Shown: piece after piece, positions 17,576-27,710 of the stretch
Layout: the number at the start of each line of letters is the position of its first letter
Numbering within the stretch: position 1 is the stretch's first letter
Source: a virus
Taxonomy: Duplodnaviria > Caudoviricetes
Strand: one strand, 5' to 3'
DNA: 64,000 bases
IMG/VR virus record: IMGVR_UViG_2603880160_000004
Coordinates: 1 to 64,000 of that record
The notes under the pieces: model-generated
Told to the model about the DNA's origin: nothing
Seen by the model: the letters and a program-made list of their open reading frames with translations, nothing else
The model's database searches: none
Position numbers and translations under genes: made by a program

Positions 17576-17642
17576 ATTTTCTTTGTTTAGTAAAACAAAG
17601 TGGTGGTGAATGTATGTAAAACCATACGGCCTATACAAAATC

Positions 17643-17668
17643 AGTCAGAAGAAATTCTGACTTTTTTT
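17643..17668 (+). terminator. Intrinsic terminator of the large ncRNA
   Basis: AGTCAGAA-GAAA-TTCTGACT + T tract. Confidence 0.8.
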
Positions 17669-17702
17669 ATGCATATTCAAAAAATTTTTGTATATTTGTT
17701 TT

Positions 17703-18452
17703 ATGAGATTAGTATGTATATCAGATACCCACAGCCTTCATCATCAGATGGAACATCCTTTACCAAAAGGTGATGTGTTAATCCATGCTGGCGATATCTC
17801 AAATAAAGGTGGTGAAAAAGACGTTACCGATTTTATTCATTGGTTCCAAAACTTAGGTGGTTGGGACGCTAAAATATTCATATCAGGTAATCATGATTAT
17901 TGTTTTGAAAGAATTAATAAACCTTCTTATAAGGGCACATATGGATGGTTAAGTAAATTAATGTCACCCGAGAATTTATCTCAATCAGATGTAACTTATT
18001 TGGAGGATAGTTTTATTACAATTGAAACTCCCGAGTTTTCAAGACCTATCAAATTTTATGGTAGTCCTTGGCAACCATGGTTCTACGATTGGGCTTTTAA
18101 CTTACCAAGATTAGGTGTTGAATTACAGGAGAAATGGAATATGATTCCTGAGGATACCGATGTATTAATTACACATAGTCCACCAAATGGATATGGTGAT
18201 TTAGTTAATAACTGGAGACAACCAAATACACACGTTGGGTGTGAATGTTTAACAAGTAGAATAGGTCAAATAAAACCATTAGTCAATGTATTTGGTCATA
18301 TTCATGAAGGTTATGGTATTGATTATGAGAAAAATACCTTATTTGTAAATGCCTCAATTTGTACTGATAGGTATGAACCAACTAATAAACCAATCGTCAT
18401 TGATTTAGTTGAAATTAATGGAAAAATAAATGCAATATATGTTGAAGAATAA
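17703..18452 (+). CDS. Calcineurin-like metallophosphoesterase (MPPED-type)
   Basis: ISDTH, IHAGD, GNHD, YGSPWQP, LITHSPP, FGHIHE; likely start at 17703. Confidence 0.9.
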   Translation: MRLVCISDTHSLHHQMEHPLPKGDVLIHAGDISNKGGEKDVTDFIHWFQNLGGWDAKIFISGNHDYCFERINKPSYKGTYGWLSKLMSPENLSQSDVTYLEDSFITIETPEFSRPIKFYGSPWQPWFYDWAFNLPRLGVELQEKWNMIPEDTDVLITHSPPNGYGDLVNNWRQPNTHVGCECLTSRIGQIKPLVNVFGHIHEGYGIDYEKNTLFVNASICTDRYEPTNKPIVIDLVEINGKINAIYVEE

Positions 18453-18456
18453 TGAA

Positions 18457-19119
18457 ATGGTAAGTGTGGTAATATCCACAAGAAAGATTGATCCGACATA
18501 TTACGACCATGTAAAAAGAATGTTTTCTCATCCGAACACTGAAATATTGATATATGAAAATGACGGTCAAATGTCCTTAACACAAGTTTATAACAAAGGG
18601 TTAAAAGAAAGTGTTAATGACATCGTTATTTTCATGCATGATGACCTTATTTTGGAGACATCAAATATGACACCTAAGATTGTTAAGTTATTTGAGAAAC
18701 ATCCTGAATATGGAATTATTGGAATTGCAGGGACCGATAAATTAACGAGTGGTATGTGGTGGCAAAACCGTGAAAATATGTTTGGTGTGGTTGGTCATAT
18801 CAATGAAGGTAAAAGACACGTTAATCACTATTCTAAGGGGGTATTTAACGATGTTCTTAAAGATGTTGTAATTGTGGATGGTTTGTTCTTTATGGTTCGT
18901 AAAAGTCTCATAAAGAAGGAATTTAACGAACAGTTTGAAGGGTTTCATTTCTATGATATTTCATTCTGTGTTGAGAACTATTTGGAAGGTGTTAAGATTG
19001 GATTAACCACCAAATTTGGAGTTACCCATAAATCTATAGGTATGACTAACAAACAATGGGAAAAGAATAAACTACTATTTGAGGCACTATTCGAAAAACG
19101 GTTACCCTTGACAATTTAG
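18457..19119 (+). CDS. GT-A fold glycosyltransferase-like protein
   Basis: YNKGL, IFMHDD, IIGIAG, VDGLF, GFHFYD. Confidence 0.8.
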   Translation: MVSVVISTRKIDPTYYDHVKRMFSHPNTEILIYENDGQMSLTQVYNKGLKESVNDIVIFMHDDLILETSNMTPKIVKLFEKHPEYGIIGIAGTDKLTSGMWWQNRENMFGVVGHINEGKRHVNHYSKGVFNDVLKDVVIVDGLFFMVRKSLIKKEFNEQFEGFHFYDISFCVENYLEGVKIGLTTKFGVTHKSIGMTNKQWEKNKLLFEALFEKRLPLTI

Positions 19120-19152
19120 TGATTTTTGATATATTTATATAAAACAAATTTT

Positions 19153-19350
19153 ATGAAGAAAATTATTGATTTAATTAAGAAACTTTTAGGTGCAGGAACA
19201 ATGGCTGAAAAAGCGGTAGAATTACAACAATTAGAAACTGAGGTTGTTGCCGAAGTTAAAGTTGTAAAAGAGAAAGTAGCGGAAGTTAAAGCTAAAGTTA
19301 AAAAAGTAACTGACAAAGCTCCAAAAGCAAAGAAAACCACTACTAAGTAA
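19153..19350 (+). CDS. Small basic K/V/A-rich late protein
   Basis: TATTTATA at 19132-39; histone-like tail. Confidence 0.6.
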   Translation: MKKIIDLIKKLLGAGTMAEKAVELQQLETEVVAEVKVVKEKVAEVKAKVKKVTDKAPKAKKTTTK

Positions 19351-19430
19351 TTTTTTTCTAACATATAGGTTATTCAGGGTTAAAATTAGTTTTTTAACCC
19401 TTTTTTATCTATATTTGTATTCTATTTACT

Positions 19431-19829
19431 GGGGACGCCTTGGATTTGATTTCAGGTATCAGGAGTAAATGGCACGTAGTCAGAATTCATCTATGACTTT
19501 AATCCACGGTGAAGAAAATTAAACGACAACGTTTACAACACAATGGAAATTGCAGGTGTTCTTGCAACTTCTAAAGTAGCAGCCTAATTAGATTAGCCTC
19601 TACGCACGGGTCGACGGACATATAACCTTGGAACAGAAGTCCTTACAGTGTAATACCACTTAGAGTGTTGGAGCATGACCTGATTGTCTCTTTAAAATTT
19701 AGTCAGGGACAAGTTTGTTGTTTTTCTGTGTATGAAATCAAATATTTGTCAATTGAGAACCAATTGAATAAACGTGTAGTCATTTATTGTTGAACAGGAA
19801 AGACAAGGGTTCGACTCCCTTCGTCTCCA
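19431..19829 (+). ncRNA. ssrA: tmRNA
   Basis: GGGGACG/CGTCTCC-A acceptor with G3-U70; GGATTTGA; T arm GGTTCGACTCC; tag ORF 19525-19587 DNVYNTMEIAGVLATSKVAA*. Confidence 0.9.
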
Positions 19830-19833
19830 CTTT

Positions 19834-19857
19834 AAACCCATCTTCGGATGGGTTTTT
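19834..19857 (+). terminator. tmRNA terminator
   Basis: AAACCCATC-TTCG-GATGGGTTTTT. Confidence 0.85.
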
Positions 19858-19861
19858 CTAT

Positions 19862-19957
19862 AAAACAACAAAAGGTCCGAAGACCCTTTGCCGAGATTTA
19901 GAATACCTCCTTTTCGTTATTATATTATCGTCGATGGTGACCAAACCATAAACTCTA
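19862..19957 (-). ncRNA. Candidate late small RNA complementary to the 16S rRNA 3' end
   Basis: TATTTATA at 19959-66 (-); contains AAAAGGAGGTATTCTA; ends in GGGTC-TTCG-GACCT-TTT hairpin. Confidence 0.45.
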
Positions 19958-19969
19958 ATATAAATATGT

Positions 19970-20557
19970 TTATAATTTAGAACGGAGGTGTTTTGTTACT
20001 ATTTTTTTAATGAAATTTTCTTCTAACGCCGGTGCGTTCGGTGTTAACGCCCATTGGCCAGTTTCAGACCTATAATAATATTTTGTTCCACCCCAATCTG
20101 TAATCACTTCAAAATTATTACTTCCTTTACATTTCCATTTTCCTTGAGATCTGTTGTTTTTCCCAATGTATAAGAAATCACCATTTCCCCAAAACGTAAA
20201 TTCTTCACCTGTTTTGTCAACAAAAGAATATGCATTTGGATTGTCAATTGTTTGTTGTAAATTTTTACCATTTCCACCACTATTCTTAATACAATTAAAA
20301 ACTGATGGGTCAATAGTTTGTGATGGTTTTGATAGTTGAGGTGATTGATCTGGTTGAGGTGAGAGTTGTGAAATATTTTTTTCAAAGTTTTCGTAGTCCC
20401 CCAAACCCAAAGATTGTGAATACTTGTCAAAAAATCTTTTTCTTTTGTCTGTAGTATCCATCTTTAGTTTGAATTTTTCATAATCCAATCCTAATTGAGA
20501 CACATCAAATTTATTTGTAAATTTATTCCAAATGTTTTGTAATTCTTTTTCGTTCAT
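19970..20557 (-). CDS. Hypothetical late protein
   Basis: TATTTATA upstream; C-terminal LEENFIKKIV tag; G.F..G.WK motif shared with 48180-48899. Confidence 0.7.
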   Translation of the reverse strand: MNEKELQNIWNKFTNKFDVSQLGLDYEKFKLKMDTTDKRKRFFDKYSQSLGLGDYENFEKNISQLSPQPDQSPQLSKPSQTIDPSVFNCIKNSGGNGKNLQQTIDNPNAYSFVDKTGEEFTFWGNGDFLYIGKNNRSQGKWKCKGSNNFEVITDWGGTKYYYRSETGQWALTPNAPALEENFIKKIVTKHLRSKL

Positions 20558-20569
20558 ATTATATAAATA

Positions 20570-22048
20570 TTACCAATTTTCCGCTTTTGGTTTTGATGTG
20601 TTATTATCTAAATTTTCAAGATTTAAATTTTTTAATTTTTCTAATTCAGGTGTTCCCTCTAAATCTTGTTGTACGGTTTCTTTTGAATTTTTAACTTTTT
20701 CTTCAAGATTATCTTTCGTATCTTTTATTGTTTTAATTTTTTCTCCTGTGGATTTCTTAGCAAAATCACTTGTGTTCAATAGAGCCAATAACGGTGACCA
20801 TCCAGGTAATGTTCTTAATCCACTGGAAGCTTTATGAAAACTCTCTATGTAATTAACAAAAGTATTTGGTACCAAATTCAATAAATTATCTAACCATATT
20901 ATTTCATCACCTGTAAATTGTTGTGCACTAAAATACCTTTCAAAATCTTCACCACGAGCCAATGGGAGAGATACACCTGTTTTATCTTTAATAACATTTT
21001 CTAAACCATCTAAAATAGATTTTAACGCAGCAATGACACTCGGATAAACAATTAATCCGAACAAAACCTTATCTGTAATAGTCTTACCCCAATATTTTGA
21101 TGTACCAAATACTCTCATGGTCTGTTTTGTTTCTGACAAAGTTCTTGGGTCCCATTGTAAAGCGGTGTTTATTAATCTTTTTCCAGTTTCATTACCTTTT
21201 TTAAATAGATTTTTTGGAAGTAGTTTTTTTGCTGCCTCGATTTTTTCAAATACAACTTTTGGTGGTTTTTCTAAATCCCCTTGAAAATATTTAATAAATT
21301 CTACATATTTTTTATCTTTCCAAAATCCTTTTTTAGATAGTTCCATAAATTCTTTTGGTAATTTTTTTTCTAACTCAACCCAAATAACTTTATGTTCTTG
21401 TTTATCTAATGCTGTCATCTGTGCAAAAAGTTTATTTAATTCGTCAAATTCTTTTTCAAGACCTAATGTTGATTTCTTTTTTTGTATAATTTCATTTGTT
21501 AATTTTATAACTTCTCGTTCAATTACGTCTTGTTGCTTAAGGTATTTAAAATGTGAATCTTTAACTAATTTTTTAACTAAAGGAATCATTTGTATCAATT
21601 CGGTTGCCGATAATTTCATACCATCTATAAAATTTTTAACAACTGTACTAGTTGTCCAATCCTTTGTTACCACTTTTTTTGCACTATTAACAAATGAATC
21701 CGCCAAAACTCTATAAACACCGGTCAATGTAGTTCTAACCGAACTATCATTTATATCAATTCCGTTATTTTTTAATTCGTTATATAGAATATTTCTAATT
21801 TTAGAACTTCTTAAAATCTCTTCCACATCGGCACGTGCCATTTTACTCCAATCAATAACTTGAATGGTTTTTTTAATTGGATCAAAATCAAATATACTTT
21901 TACCTAATCTTTGGGATAATCCTTCGAAATTTTTAATTAACGATTCTTCAACCTGCAATCCACTCAACGACTTTAACAATTTACCTGCAAATCTTGGCCA
22001 CGGTATATAGGCTTCGAAAAGTATTGATTTGAAATTTAATTTACTCAT
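20570..22048 (-). CDS. Large helical hypothetical protein
   Basis: 492 aa; N-terminal FKSILFE; one TM-like segment. Confidence 0.75.
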   Translation of the reverse strand: MSKLNFKSILFEAYIPWPRFAGKLLKSLSGLQVEESLIKNFEGLSQRLGKSIFDFDPIKKTIQVIDWSKMARADVEEILRSSKIRNILYNELKNNGIDINDSSVRTTLTGVYRVLADSFVNSAKKVVTKDWTTSTVVKNFIDGMKLSATELIQMIPLVKKLVKDSHFKYLKQQDVIEREVIKLTNEIIQKKKSTLGLEKEFDELNKLFAQMTALDKQEHKVIWVELEKKLPKEFMELSKKGFWKDKKYVEFIKYFQGDLEKPPKVVFEKIEAAKKLLPKNLFKKGNETGKRLINTALQWDPRTLSETKQTMRVFGTSKYWGKTITDKVLFGLIVYPSVIAALKSILDGLENVIKDKTGVSLPLARGEDFERYFSAQQFTGDEIIWLDNLLNLVPNTFVNYIESFHKASSGLRTLPGWSPLLALLNTSDFAKKSTGEKIKTIKDTKDNLEEKVKNSKETVQQDLEGTPELEKLKNLNLENLDNNTSKPKAENW

Positions 22049-22049
22049 A

Positions 22050-23261
22050 TTAAAACTTATTATAATTTTTATTAATCAATTCATCAAAATTTGAATTGGG
22101 ATTTTGTATATAAGTTCTTAAAACAAAATTGTAAAGTTTTAAGAACTTTATATCATTAGTATAGGCCAATTCTTGATATTTTTCCATAATTGGTGTTACC
22201 TTACTATCAAAATCATTTTTATTTATTTTTTTTATCAATTTAGCATTTTCTTGAAAATAAAACAACACATCTTTTGATATTTCAGTTCCTTTTATTGAAT
22301 CTTGTACCCACGATTCATATGTCCAACCACCGATTGTTATTAAACCCGAAACTCCAAAATCTAACCCAAACCTTCTCAAATTAAGATTTTTTATTAATTT
22401 TTCTGCACCTACCTTATCTAATCCACCTCTTTTTGAACCTAATTTTATTAAATCATTTATTTTTTTGGCCGCTAACATTGCTTGTTTTTTAGATGTTATT
22501 TGACCTATAACTACTTCTTTTATTATAGATTGAAACCTTTTAGGGTTTTGTGTAATTAAATCTACCAATTCTTGTACCAAATATCTCTCTTGTTTTGTGA
22601 GACTTTCCATGACTAATTTTATTTCTTGGTAGCTATTTGAATTAGCGAATTTACTCATTAACTTCTTTGACGTTTCCACACTAACATTTGTAAATCTTGG
22701 TAAACTACGTCCAATGAATGGTACAAACGCCAATGCGACGGATAACGACGCACCTAAACCATCGTTTTTTCTAAAATATGAATCGGCAGCCGCAATTAAA
22801 TCCAAACCAATCGATACCCATAATCCCTGTGCACCCGGTATAAAAGTTGCAGCCGCAATTGAACCTATTGTTAATATTATCGGACCTGAATTATCCCAAA
22901 ATTTTTCAAAATTAAAATCTTCTATTTTTTTTTGTTGATTATCAATTTTCGATAATTCTCTTCTTTCATAATCAGTTACATATTTACTTTTTTCCTTTTC
23001 CCAAGTACTTGATTGTTCCTTTAATTGGTTCGCTTTACCTCTATTTAGTTTAGAACCAACGACATCTGCCCATTTTGTTACTCCGACTTGGTTTGCCGGA
23101 CCTCTTTCTATTCCACTTTCCCATTTTCCAACCTCAGGATATCCCTGACCTCCAGTCTGTTTTGAGGATGTACCAGCAGTGGGGGCTTGAGCAGCCGGGT
23201 CAGCCGTTGCATCCTGTTCTAATAGGGATAATATCTGTTTTTTGGTGAAGCACAAGTCCAT
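22050..23261 (-). CDS. Hypothetical late protein with hydrophobic hairpin
   Basis: N-terminal FTKKQILSLLEQ; Ala/Gly-rich TM segments; TATTTATA upstream. Confidence 0.75.
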   Translation of the reverse strand: MDLCFTKKQILSLLEQDATADPAAQAPTAGTSSKQTGGQGYPEVGKWESGIERGPANQVGVTKWADVVGSKLNRGKANQLKEQSSTWEKEKSKYVTDYERRELSKIDNQQKKIEDFNFEKFWDNSGPIILTIGSIAAATFIPGAQGLWVSIGLDLIAAADSYFRKNDGLGASLSVALAFVPFIGRSLPRFTNVSVETSKKLMSKFANSNSYQEIKLVMESLTKQERYLVQELVDLITQNPKRFQSIIKEVVIGQITSKKQAMLAAKKINDLIKLGSKRGGLDKVGAEKLIKNLNLRRFGLDFGVSGLITIGGWTYESWVQDSIKGTEISKDVLFYFQENAKLIKKINKNDFDSKVTPIMEKYQELAYTNDIKFLKLYNFVLRTYIQNPNSNFDELINKNYNKF

Positions 23262-23343
23262 AGTGTATAAATATCCAAAAAAATGTTTGAAATTAGGTTG
23301 GATATCCCAATAAAATACCTATTTTTGTTTAAAATATCAATAT

Positions 23344-23919
23344 ATGAGAAAAATATCCTTATTTATATCATTAATTCTTCTTTTTGGATGTGAGAAGTAT
23401 GTGGGAACCGGACCATTTAATCCACCTAAACTAACAGGAGGTAAATGGATTTTTTCTGACTATGATGTCGTCGTGACAAGCTCAATTTCAGGGGTCACCG
23501 TAGTTGAAAATGATACAATCTGTATTAATTCCTTTAATAATCAAAGTTTTGTTAGTGGTGGAGTTAAAATGTTACAAAATTATAATCAAACAGCAAAAGA
23601 TAGGAGATTTATTAAAGGAAAAACAATTTGGGAATTTGATAATAATAATCGTGGACTATTTTGTGATTTTACAAATATAAACGGATCAATAAAACCATCC
23701 CATGAACCATATTGGGTTAACGTTTATGAAAATAGTAAAAGAATATCGGTAGATAACGTAGATAATGGTGGAGTGACCAATTATACTTATGATGTTAATA
23801 ATATAAATCCAACAGTTATGAAATTACTGTCCCCATCTATTTCAACTGATTTGTATCTCTCCAATGGAAATAGAGATAAAGCTGTGACTGTACGAATTTT
23901 ATTAACTTTTATGAGATAA
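23344..23919 (+). CDS. Lipoprotein (lipocalin-like)
   Basis: Lipobox LFGC; LTGGKW motif. Confidence 0.65.
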   Translation: MRKISLFISLILLFGCEKYVGTGPFNPPKLTGGKWIFSDYDVVVTSSISGVTVVENDTICINSFNNQSFVSGGVKMLQNYNQTAKDRRFIKGKTIWEFDNNNRGLFCDFTNINGSIKPSHEPYWVNVYENSKRISVDNVDNGGVTNYTYDVNNINPTVMKLLSPSISTDLYLSNGNRDKAVTVRILLTFMR

Positions 23920-23920
23920 T

Positions 23921-24289
23921 CTACTCTTCGTAGATTTCAGGATTTTCTTTGGCGAACATTTTAATGTATTGTCCTGCTTTTGCGTTTGCTTCATCCTCAA
24001 TCTCACCCCCAATATCTGGTGGTTGAACTTTTAGTCGTCCTTGTTCGTATTGTTTGTGATGTACAAGTTCGTGAGCGATACTTCTCATTACATCAACCAA
24101 CGCTCTATTCTTGGCGTTAACCTTAACAACCTTGTTTTCTTTGTTGTAATCGTAGTTTGCAGTCGTTTTAAGACCGTTTCTTCCGTTTTGTATAGATATG
24201 GTCGGAACTGTTTTAAGTTCCAACTGGTCCTTTACAAACTTCACAAACGTGTTTAACTTCTCTTTTTTATCGTCATCTAAAAATCCCAT
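23921..24289 (-). CDS. Zincin-like HExxH metallopeptidase domain protein
   Basis: IAHELVHHKQ...EDEANA. Confidence 0.75.
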   Translation of the reverse strand: MGFLDDDKKEKLNTFVKFVKDQLELKTVPTISIQNGRNGLKTTANYDYNKENKVVKVNAKNRALVDVMRSIAHELVHHKQYEQGRLKVQPPDIGGEIEDEANAKAGQYIKMFAKENPEIYEE

Positions 24290-24300
24290 ATGTATAAATA

Positions 24301-24540
24301 TTACAAACTTAGTTCTTCTGGTAAATCATTATCTAATAAATATTGTTCGATTAACTCGATAATATCATTTTCATCCATATTATAAGTGTCGTCCTCATGT
24401 ATTATACTTGGTGAATAAAGCATAACATCTTCCAAAATGAGTTCTAACACTCTATAGGAATTGTCCCCGTCTTGGTTGGTTGAAAACTCAACGTATAACA
24501 TTCTATTGTCATCGTTGTAATAATATTCAATTATATTCAT
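24301..24540 (-). CDS. Acidic hypothetical protein
   Basis: 79-aa D/E-rich ORF. Confidence 0.65.
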   Translation of the reverse strand: MNIIEYYYNDDNRMLYVEFSTNQDGDNSYRVLELILEDVMLYSPSIIHEDDTYNMDENDIIELIEQYLLDNDLPEELSL

Positions 24541-24635
24541 TGTAAATAATGATAATTATATAGTTTTTAATCAAAATCAAAAAAATCATCTTTTTACATA
24601 CGAAATACAATAATTTTTCTTATAATTAGATTAAT

Positions 24636-24947
24636 ATGGATTGGTATAGTATTGAATATTTGTTCCCTAAAGCATTTAAAAGATTTGCTGAAGTTATGTT
24701 CCCAAATGTAGGGTTATTAAGCCTTAATACGCTTGAGTTTTATGACACAAAGAAGTTGTATCAATTTTTTGATAAGGAAGGTCTTTATTTGACATTGGAA
24801 ATGTATAATCCAAACCAATGGGTATTTTCAATTTCATTACATAATGGTGTTATATTCGGACCAACACAAAATTCAAAACCGACAAGAGAAGAAACCGAGG
24901 TAGACGGATTTTTAGAGTGTTTTAGGATTTTAGATAAGATGAAATGA
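24636..24947 (+). CDS. Hypothetical protein
   Basis: ORF coupled to the next gene. Confidence 0.65.
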   Translation: MDWYSIEYLFPKAFKRFAEVMFPNVGLLSLNTLEFYDTKKLYQFFDKEGLYLTLEMYNPNQWVFSISLHNGVIFGPTQNSKPTREETEVDGFLECFRILDKMK

Positions 24948-25261
24948 GTGGTAATATTTATGATATGGATATGACAATTAATTTTTTATTACAGGCGACT
25001 AGAGTTTTACACGTAGGAAACTACGATGAGGATGAACTATCAATGATAACAAATTTTATGGTTGCCGTTGACAATGATATTTTAAATGATTATAATAATA
25101 CATGTACGATAGTATCTTATGATAGTGATTTACAATTGTATATTGAGATAATTGAAGCATTGATTGTTATTTTTGAAGAACGGGAAGAATATGAGATATG
25201 TGGAATATTAAAAGATAAAAGGGATGATTCGGTTGAAATAATGAAAACTAAAACAATTTAA
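24944..25261 (+). CDS. Hypothetical protein with UVR-like EEYE.C motif
   Basis: FEEREEYEICGILKD. Confidence 0.6.
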   Translation: MSGNIYDMDMTINFLLQATRVLHVGNYDEDELSMITNFMVAVDNDILNDYNNTCTIVSYDSDLQLYIEIIEALIVIFEEREEYEICGILKDKRDDSVEIMKTKTI

Positions 25262-25262
25262 T

Positions 25263-25409
25263 ATGAGTATCATTGGAATGTCTGAAGAGGAAAAAAAGAA
25301 AATTTCCGACCAACATAAATCGGCAATTAAATCTGATTTAGATAAAAAAACAGATTTAAAAATTGGTCTAAGAAAACCTGAAAAGAAAGAAGATAAAAAA
25401 ACCTCCTAA
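25263..25409 (+). CDS. Small charged protein (48 aa, not in ORF track)
   Basis: MSIIGMSEEEKKKISDQHK...; starts 2 nt after the previous stop. Confidence 0.5.
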   Translation: MSIIGMSEEEKKKISDQHKSAIKSDLDKKTDLKIGLRKPEKKEDKKTS

Positions 25410-25431
25410 TTGGAGGTTTTTTGTTTATCTG

Positions 25432-27105
25432 TTAATTTTCTCTTCTTTCATTACTTGAGTAATGTTCAAATCTATTATGTTCGGTAGGTGTTGATAACAA
25501 AATTGCGGGATTAATATTACCCTTGATTGTTTCTTGATATATGAATGACATCCAAGTTTGTTCATATGGATGTGTCCATTTTGTATCCAAAAACATTTTT
25601 TTGTTTCCTTCTTTAGACACTACTTGTGGCCAATTACAATAATAGATTTCACCAGTTGCATATGGTAAACCTCTTTTTGATTTTATATTTTTATAATTCA
25701 AATATGGGGCGGCTTCAACGTCGTTTGTTGTTTTAACGGGTTTGTCTGGAAACAACTTTGATCTAACATCGCCAGGTACATTATGCCATGCCCATTGTTT
25801 TGTATTATCACCAAAGAACTCAGAAAAATTCCATTTAAGGAAATCAAAATCTTCATCCCAAACTATATCCATAACTATATTATAGAAATCTTTAATCTTT
25901 CTTCTAAATCCATTTCTACAAAATTCATCTTGACCTAAATAAAAAAACATATCATCTTCAAAGAAGAAATGATAATCAAAACCATTTTCATCTGAATGTT
26001 CCGCAATAAATTGCCTACCCCCACAAATCCCTAAATTGTCTTTTTTAATTTCTTCAAATCCGTATTTTTCACATAACTCATTGTATTCAACATCTGTATC
26101 ATGATTTAGTGAATTGTTAAGTAAATATTTTTTAGGTACCGTTAAAAAATTTCTATCATACTCATCAAATGAAATACATAACTTTTCAAATTGTTTGGGT
26201 GAATTATAAGTTAACACATATAACGCAACGTTATTTTTATTTTTCTCATTTATAGTGTTTGTTTCAGATTTTTCTTGTTTAACCACCAATGTATCATTTT
26301 TCAAATTTTCAAAAAACAAACTTAATAATCCATTCATCTCAATTTCATAATATTGAATTAGTTCTGGATACTTATATGTCATTATAGTAAATAAACTTTC
26401 TTCAGTTCCCATTAACTCTCTACTTAATGTTTCATTTAAAAGATTATAATAGATTCCGTTTAGTTTAGATATTGAATCTTTAGGTCCACCAAAAATACCA
26501 CCTCTAGCAACTCTATTTACCTCACTCTCAGAATATTCACATATTTCTTGATATTTGAATCCGTGTATCTCAACTTTCCCATCATATGGAAAACACACAA
26601 AAGAAAATTTATTAAAGTATTTTTCTAATTTGGGTATAACCTTATCATGCCAAAAATAACCTTCGTGAACAGTATTAGTTAAAGCTCCATCAATCCAAAC
26701 TAAATGTGACGAATTAAATGGGTCCATTATCGACGCGTCGTTTAATAAAAACATTTTAGACATTACAATTGGATTATACATTTCCAATTTTGCTTGTGTA
26801 CTATCGGTCAACCAGCCAGTTTGATTATACCATTCAGGTGTTGTTCTTATCTTCTGTATTTTATTAAAGATGTCTTCATTTTGTCTGAACCAATCTAATC
26901 CTCTAACGATAATAAGTGTGTTGTTAGATGTTCTTCTTTCTTCAACAAACGATTTATATTCTTCTTCAATATAAATTATCATATTGTCACTAACTTTCAA
27001 TAATTTTTCTAAATTGTTAAGATAGTGTTGATATGACCTACTCCACCCTTCGGATAGTTCGTCTCTTTTAATGTTCCAAATTCCCGTTACTATTGTTGTG
27101 CCCAT
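25432..27105 (-). CDS. HtrL/WlaTC-like glycosyltransferase fused to a GT-A domain
   Basis: TIVTGIWNI, SKMFLL, PFNSSHLVWIDG, GGIFGG, GTEE; second domain FFEDD. Confidence 0.7.
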   Translation of the reverse strand: MGTTIVTGIWNIKRDELSEGWSRSYQHYLNNLEKLLKVSDNMIIYIEEEYKSFVEERRTSNNTLIIVRGLDWFRQNEDIFNKIQKIRTTPEWYNQTGWLTDSTQAKLEMYNPIVMSKMFLLNDASIMDPFNSSHLVWIDGALTNTVHEGYFWHDKVIPKLEKYFNKFSFVCFPYDGKVEIHGFKYQEICEYSESEVNRVARGGIFGGPKDSISKLNGIYYNLLNETLSRELMGTEESLFTIMTYKYPELIQYYEIEMNGLLSLFFENLKNDTLVVKQEKSETNTINEKNKNNVALYVLTYNSPKQFEKLCISFDEYDRNFLTVPKKYLLNNSLNHDTDVEYNELCEKYGFEEIKKDNLGICGGRQFIAEHSDENGFDYHFFFEDDMFFYLGQDEFCRNGFRRKIKDFYNIVMDIVWDEDFDFLKWNFSEFFGDNTKQWAWHNVPGDVRSKLFPDKPVKTTNDVEAAPYLNYKNIKSKRGLPYATGEIYYCNWPQVVSKEGNKKMFLDTKWTHPYEQTWMSFIYQETIKGNINPAILLSTPTEHNRFEHYSSNERREN

Positions 27106-27106
27106 A

Positions 27107-27709
27107 TTAATTCAAAATTGCAACTATATCACCTTCGGTTCTATTGATAAAAGATGTATAACCATATTGTTTTAAAAATTTATCAGCTCCTTCCGCATCT
27201 ATTTCATCATAGTTTAAATTAACATATTCGTATCTGATAATTTTTGGTTTAATTAAATCAAATGGAAAGGCTTTAATAATAGTAAAATCATGACCCTCAG
27301 CGTCAATTTGTAATAAATCAACTTTTTTAACACTATACTTATCAATAATGGTTTTAGGGGACATAATATCAACTTCAACTAATGTCGGTTCAACATCAAA
27401 CATGTGTTTTGCTTTCAATTCATTTAATGTAAAATGTGGAGTTGTTGTACCACAAAATAATTCACCTCTACCGTCATAATTTGAAACCGCAGCATTTACA
27501 AATGTTAAATTTGTGTGCCCGTGGTAATTTTTAATTAAATCACCAAAAGCATCTTTTCCAGGTTCAAATAATATACCGGTCCAATTATTTTTTTTAACTA
27601 AATTATGAATAGGGTCCACGGAAATACCGTCATTAGCTCCTATTTGTATAAAAAACAATTCTTTACCGTCTAACAACTCATTAAATTCATCATTATTTAT
27701 TTCTAACAT
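27107..27709 (-). CDS. FkbM family methyltransferase
   Basis: IQIGANDG, FEP, NAAVS, DLLQIDAEGHD. Confidence 0.85.
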   Translation of the reverse strand: MLEINNDEFNELLDGKELFFIQIGANDGISVDPIHNLVKKNNWTGILFEPGKDAFGDLIKNYHGHTNLTFVNAAVSNYDGRGELFCGTTTPHFTLNELKAKHMFDVEPTLVEVDIMSPKTIIDKYSVKKVDLLQIDAEGHDFTIIKAFPFDLIKPKIIRYEYVNLNYDEIDAEGADKFLKQYGYTSFINRTEGDIVAILN

Positions 27710-27710
27710 A

